DNA of 63,519 bases, counting the filler, from Saprolegnia diclina VS20 (lineage: Eukaryota), in NCBI RefSeq assembly GCF_000281045.1. It is 9 parts of 5 records of this genome, joined end to end, with 100 filler letters (N's around TTAATTAATTAA, not from the genome) between each part and the next. Parts side by side here need not be neighbours in the genome. Positions count along the whole stretch, not along the records: positions 54,109 to 62,304 come from NW_008246185.1; positions 62,405 to 63,519 come from NW_008246187.1; 7 more parts are not named here. One strand, given 5' to 3'. A program made the position numbers and the translations under genes. The notes under the pieces were generated by a model, which searched no databases, had not been told where the DNA came from, and was given only the letters and a program-made list of their open reading frames with translations. Of the stretch, positions 60,247 through 63,519 are shown piece by piece. Positions within the stretch are counted from its first letter, which is position 1; the number at the start of each line of letters is the position of its first letter.

Positions 60247-61201
60247 CGTCGACGGTTGATGCAAAAGAGCACTCCCGTTGCTTATGTATAAGGGAGGGTC
60301 CGCCCTTTACGTCGCCGATGTGTGGTGTCTTGGTATTGCAGATGGGACTCGGTGCCACCGACCGGACTGCACTTGTGGGCTTATCCCAAGCTCACAGAGA
60401 TGGGCATTTTAGCGCTTAGGTCAATAACGAATAGCGTCATTGACGTTAGCGCCAGGAATGCCAGTTGTCGTCCCCGAGGCTAAAACGCAAGTCCATATGA
60501 GACGAACGAGGTTCGTGTTGGGAGGCCGCCGCCCAAGAAGGGACTTGTGGGTTAAAAGCGTAGAGTAGCTACGAGACTTGGAGCGTGATGAGCCAATTGC
60601 AAATGAGCTTGCTGGCTCGGTCTTCGATCATCGTGGTCACGTCTTGCGAGCGGACTGCACCGCCCTCTCGTCGACGTGACTATGGCCATCGGATATGCAT
60701 CTTTCTCGCGGTGCTTGTGCACCTTGTACGCGTTAACAACACTCTTGGCCCGTGTGCTTCCGGTGCAACGCCTTGGCGTTCCAGCGACCTCCTACAATGG
60801 TGATGTCGTTATAATGTTCATGGAGAAATAGGACAATATTGTACGCAGTGAAATGGTCGTGAGCGTAACGGTGCTGTACGAGCCAGGACGCCTTGCTCTC
60901 AATGTCGTAGCCACGCACAAAGGCATGACCTTGGTGCTGCCCCCACAGCCGAAGGTCCATCGAACCCACGACTCCGAGAAAGCGCCGACACACCAGCGTC
61001 AAATTCAACCGGTCCTTGAAGTTGAGATAAGCTTACGAGAGCACGAAAGCCAATGACAAGTGCGATGCCCGATTTGTTATAACACATTTTTAATGCTGAT
61101 CCATGCAATTTTTAATTGGCGACGCGGGTCTAACACAACGTTACGCGGGTCTAACACAACGTTATGTGCGTTAGAACGCAAGCTCCAACTGCCAATCGGA
61201 A

Positions 61202-62304
61202 ATGCAAGCAAGCAAGAAGCCAAACCATTGCCCTCGGTACACGGGACCGGTGCTCGCCGACTGGAGCGGCGTCGCTGCGTGGAAGCGCGCCTTCCTCGAC
61301 GCCGCAGCTGCGCAACGCCTGCACAAGTACTACACTGTCCCCGACTACGCGGACCCAGAGGCCATCTCGCCTGCCCGACGCGCTGAGATCCACGCCGCCG
61401 CCGAGGTTGCCGTGGCCCCCGTGGCGCATGAGCTGCCGTCGGCCGCGTTTCGCGCAGCTCTACTGGCGCGCACGCATGCCATCATTTTGCACGTGGATGA
61501 CACTATGGCGACCGAGGCAGCGGCGGTTCAAGCACGCACTGTCGCAGCGGCTGTATCCTTTTTGCTCTCGGCGCTGTCGCCCCACCTTTGTAGCAAGCTC
61601 GGCATGTGCAAGTCGCCGTACGAGCTTTGGGCCAGCCTGCATGCCAAGGGCAACGTGCTCATGGACGACTGCCGCTTCTTTGGTCTTCTGGAGAACGTAC
61701 GTTTGGCCGACGACGACGCGCTGCCCGACGGCCTCACGCGCGTCGAGGAGCACATCCAGCGCTTCGTCGACGTCATCTTTGTGCCAAGCCATGGCTCTGA
61801 TGCGCGGCTTGTGGCGGCTGCCGATCGCTTGAAGATGGCACTGCTCTGCAACGCGTGCCCACCGGCGATGGTCGACGTCTTTGAAACCTGGCGTGCCGAC
61901 GAACCTGCATGGGACTATGCATACATGCGACGTCGGCTGGTTGAGCACTGGACATCGTCGTGTCTCGACTTGGCGGCTAATGACTCGCTGGCGCCGGCTG
62001 GCGATACTCTACAAGCACATGTGCGAGCTGCTGTGGGCCACGACCCAGCGACGGCAACAAGCGCGGATGGCCGAGCATCCAGCCTCCGCGCCGCCGCAAA
62101 AGCCATCGACCGTGACGTCGACGGCAGCGAGGATGACATGGGTGCGTCACAGCGATCTCAAGATGTCGAAATGTATGAAAACGTAGCGCTCGCGACCGAA
62201 GACGATGATGACGCGCCAATCGCAACAATCGGCAAAGGACGACGCCGACTTAATCTTAAGAAGCGCAGTCCCGAAGCCTCCGCGCATGGTGTACGCACTA
62301 GCAC
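61202..62304 (+). CDS. Copy 4 of the Gag-like family (3' exons lost in gap)
   Basis: Intact ORF up to the gap with the same motifs. The linker is nearly identical to copy 3. Confidence 0.75.
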
Positions 62305-63198
62305 NNNNNNNNNNNNNNNNNNNNNNNNNNNNNNNNNNNNNNNNNNNNTTAATTAATTAANNNNNNNNNNNNNNNNNNNNNNNNNNNNNNNNNNNNNNNN
62401 NNNNCAATGCCGTACCTCTGGTCATCGTCGAGCTCGTTGGGCAGCCTCGAAGCTGAGGCGACCAAGTGATACCGTGGCCACATCGCAAGTATAGCTAGAG
62501 TTGATTGTGTATGTGTAGTGATTGTGGTATTGTGCCCCAAGCTTACGAGAGTGGACGGATCCTCAAAGGGGAATCGATCAGCAAGACGCGAGAGCGACTT
62601 TGGTTTCTATAACGTCTCGCCTTGTCTTGTCGTTGATGACCTGTGGTGGGCCGGCGATTCGCCAAGTCACTTGGAAATTGACATAGTCGGGCGGCAACAG
62701 CGGTCCCTTACGGTCGCTCTCCAGCTCACGCTTCAAGACAGATCTAATGAACGGCAGTTCTTGAAGACAAATCTTCATTGATCACAAGTATAGACGACGA
62801 TAAGCAGCAGGGGCCGGCATATTCGAGTCGATCGTACTCGAGAGCTGCATGTTGTGCCGACCCACAACAATCCATGACGCTCTTTTGGATATTTTTTAAG
62901 TTGTTCCGAGAATGACGACTCTGTGGCTTGCCACGTCATCGATGTTGCGTGTGACTAGTCGATTCGTTGTTTGTCCGAATAGGAGTCAGGTGCGAGCTTT
63001 CTCTTAATAAGAGATCCCACTCGATCTCAAACTCAAAAACGATGAATCGGCGTCTTGAACTTGGCGTCGGTGCCTGCAATGGACCTCGAAGGATTGTATG
63101 ACACACTCGTGTCGAGCCAATGTAAGAAAATGCAAATATATGATCGATCCCTCAACGACCAAGCATCGATGGCTTCGGTAATCGATGCACTCGCTGCG

Positions 63199-63519
63199 TC
63201 ACGGCAAGTCTTCGTCACTGAGCGAGATGATCTCGTCGTCGTAGTCGTTGGGCGAGTCTAAAGCGCAGAGGTACGGGATCGAGCTCCGAATCGCATTTGG
63301 GTTATGGACGTCGGCGCAAATATCCCATGTGCCTTGGCGCTGCGCGGGTCCTTGCCACGGTCGCTGCACCACGACTTTGCCGCACACCGTGAACCGGTAC
63401 CCGCGGTAGAACCGGTCGGCCGAGTCGGCGCGCACAAAGAGCATCATGCATAGTCCGCCGAGCGAGAGCCACCAAAGGAGCTGGACTTGATACGCGAGCG
63501 CCATCGTGTCGTTGCCCGT
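63199..63519 (-). CDS. Probable 3' end of a membrane protein gene extending beyond the window
   Basis: Frame open to the window edge, with a TM segment LLWWLSLGGLCMMLFV and an acidic tail. Confidence 0.4.
   Translation of the reverse strand, partial: TGNDTMALAYQVQLLWWLSLGGLCMMLFVRADSADRFYRGYRFTVCGKVVVQRPWQGPAQRQGTWDICADVHNPNAIRSSIPYLCALDSPNDYDDEIISLSDEDLP

Noticed and set aside
60400..61050. Possible decayed coding fragment (LFLHEHYNDI) between copies 3 and 4
   Set aside because: Interrupted by stops, and the similarity to any family is too weak to call.
61122..61163. 21-bp tandem duplication upstream of copy 4
   Set aside because: Real but only two units, consistent with simple slippage.
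54109..62304. Intact LTR retrotransposons
   Set aside because: No pol motifs, no LTR pair or PBS/PPT seen, and the units contain spliceosomal introns.

Overview
Eukaryotic, gene-dense, GC-rich scaffold from an oomycete, most likely Saprolegniales (Saprolegnia-like). This is inferred from short GT(ACG)..AG introns, oomycete INR/FPR core promoters, an AA15-CBM1 LPMO and a ricin-fused papain. Bases 1-35 kb hold mostly single-copy genes: coiled-coil protein, HEAT/ARM protein, TM RING-H2 ligase, DUF6818 Myb-like, DUF1697, NT5C3, class V PLP enzyme, DnaJ-TM, two Pho84-like transporters, APH-like kinase, tyrosinase-like, TPR, SAC1, TAF7, AA15 LPMO and IF1. Bases 36-63 kb are a gap-rich accessory region with four papain (C1A) genes, segmental duplications, a bacterial-type LiaF/DUF2154-like gene and a 64-bp-arm perfect hairpin. 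It ends in a tandem array of four genes whose first exon looks like a Ty1/Copia Gag (UBN2-type) domain. In the three copies not cut by a gap, that exon is spliced through phase-conserved introns to an NLS-rich linker and a Myb/SANT-like C-terminus, with no pol or LTR seen. This candidate domesticated-Gag family is the most novel signal. Other highlights are a secreted His1-brace LPMO-like protein that I cannot place in a known oomycete AA family and a tyrosinase lacking all CuA histidines. N-runs containing TTAATTAATTAA are assembly spacers. Family calls are by motif recognition, not database search, and exon boundaries were inferred by eye.
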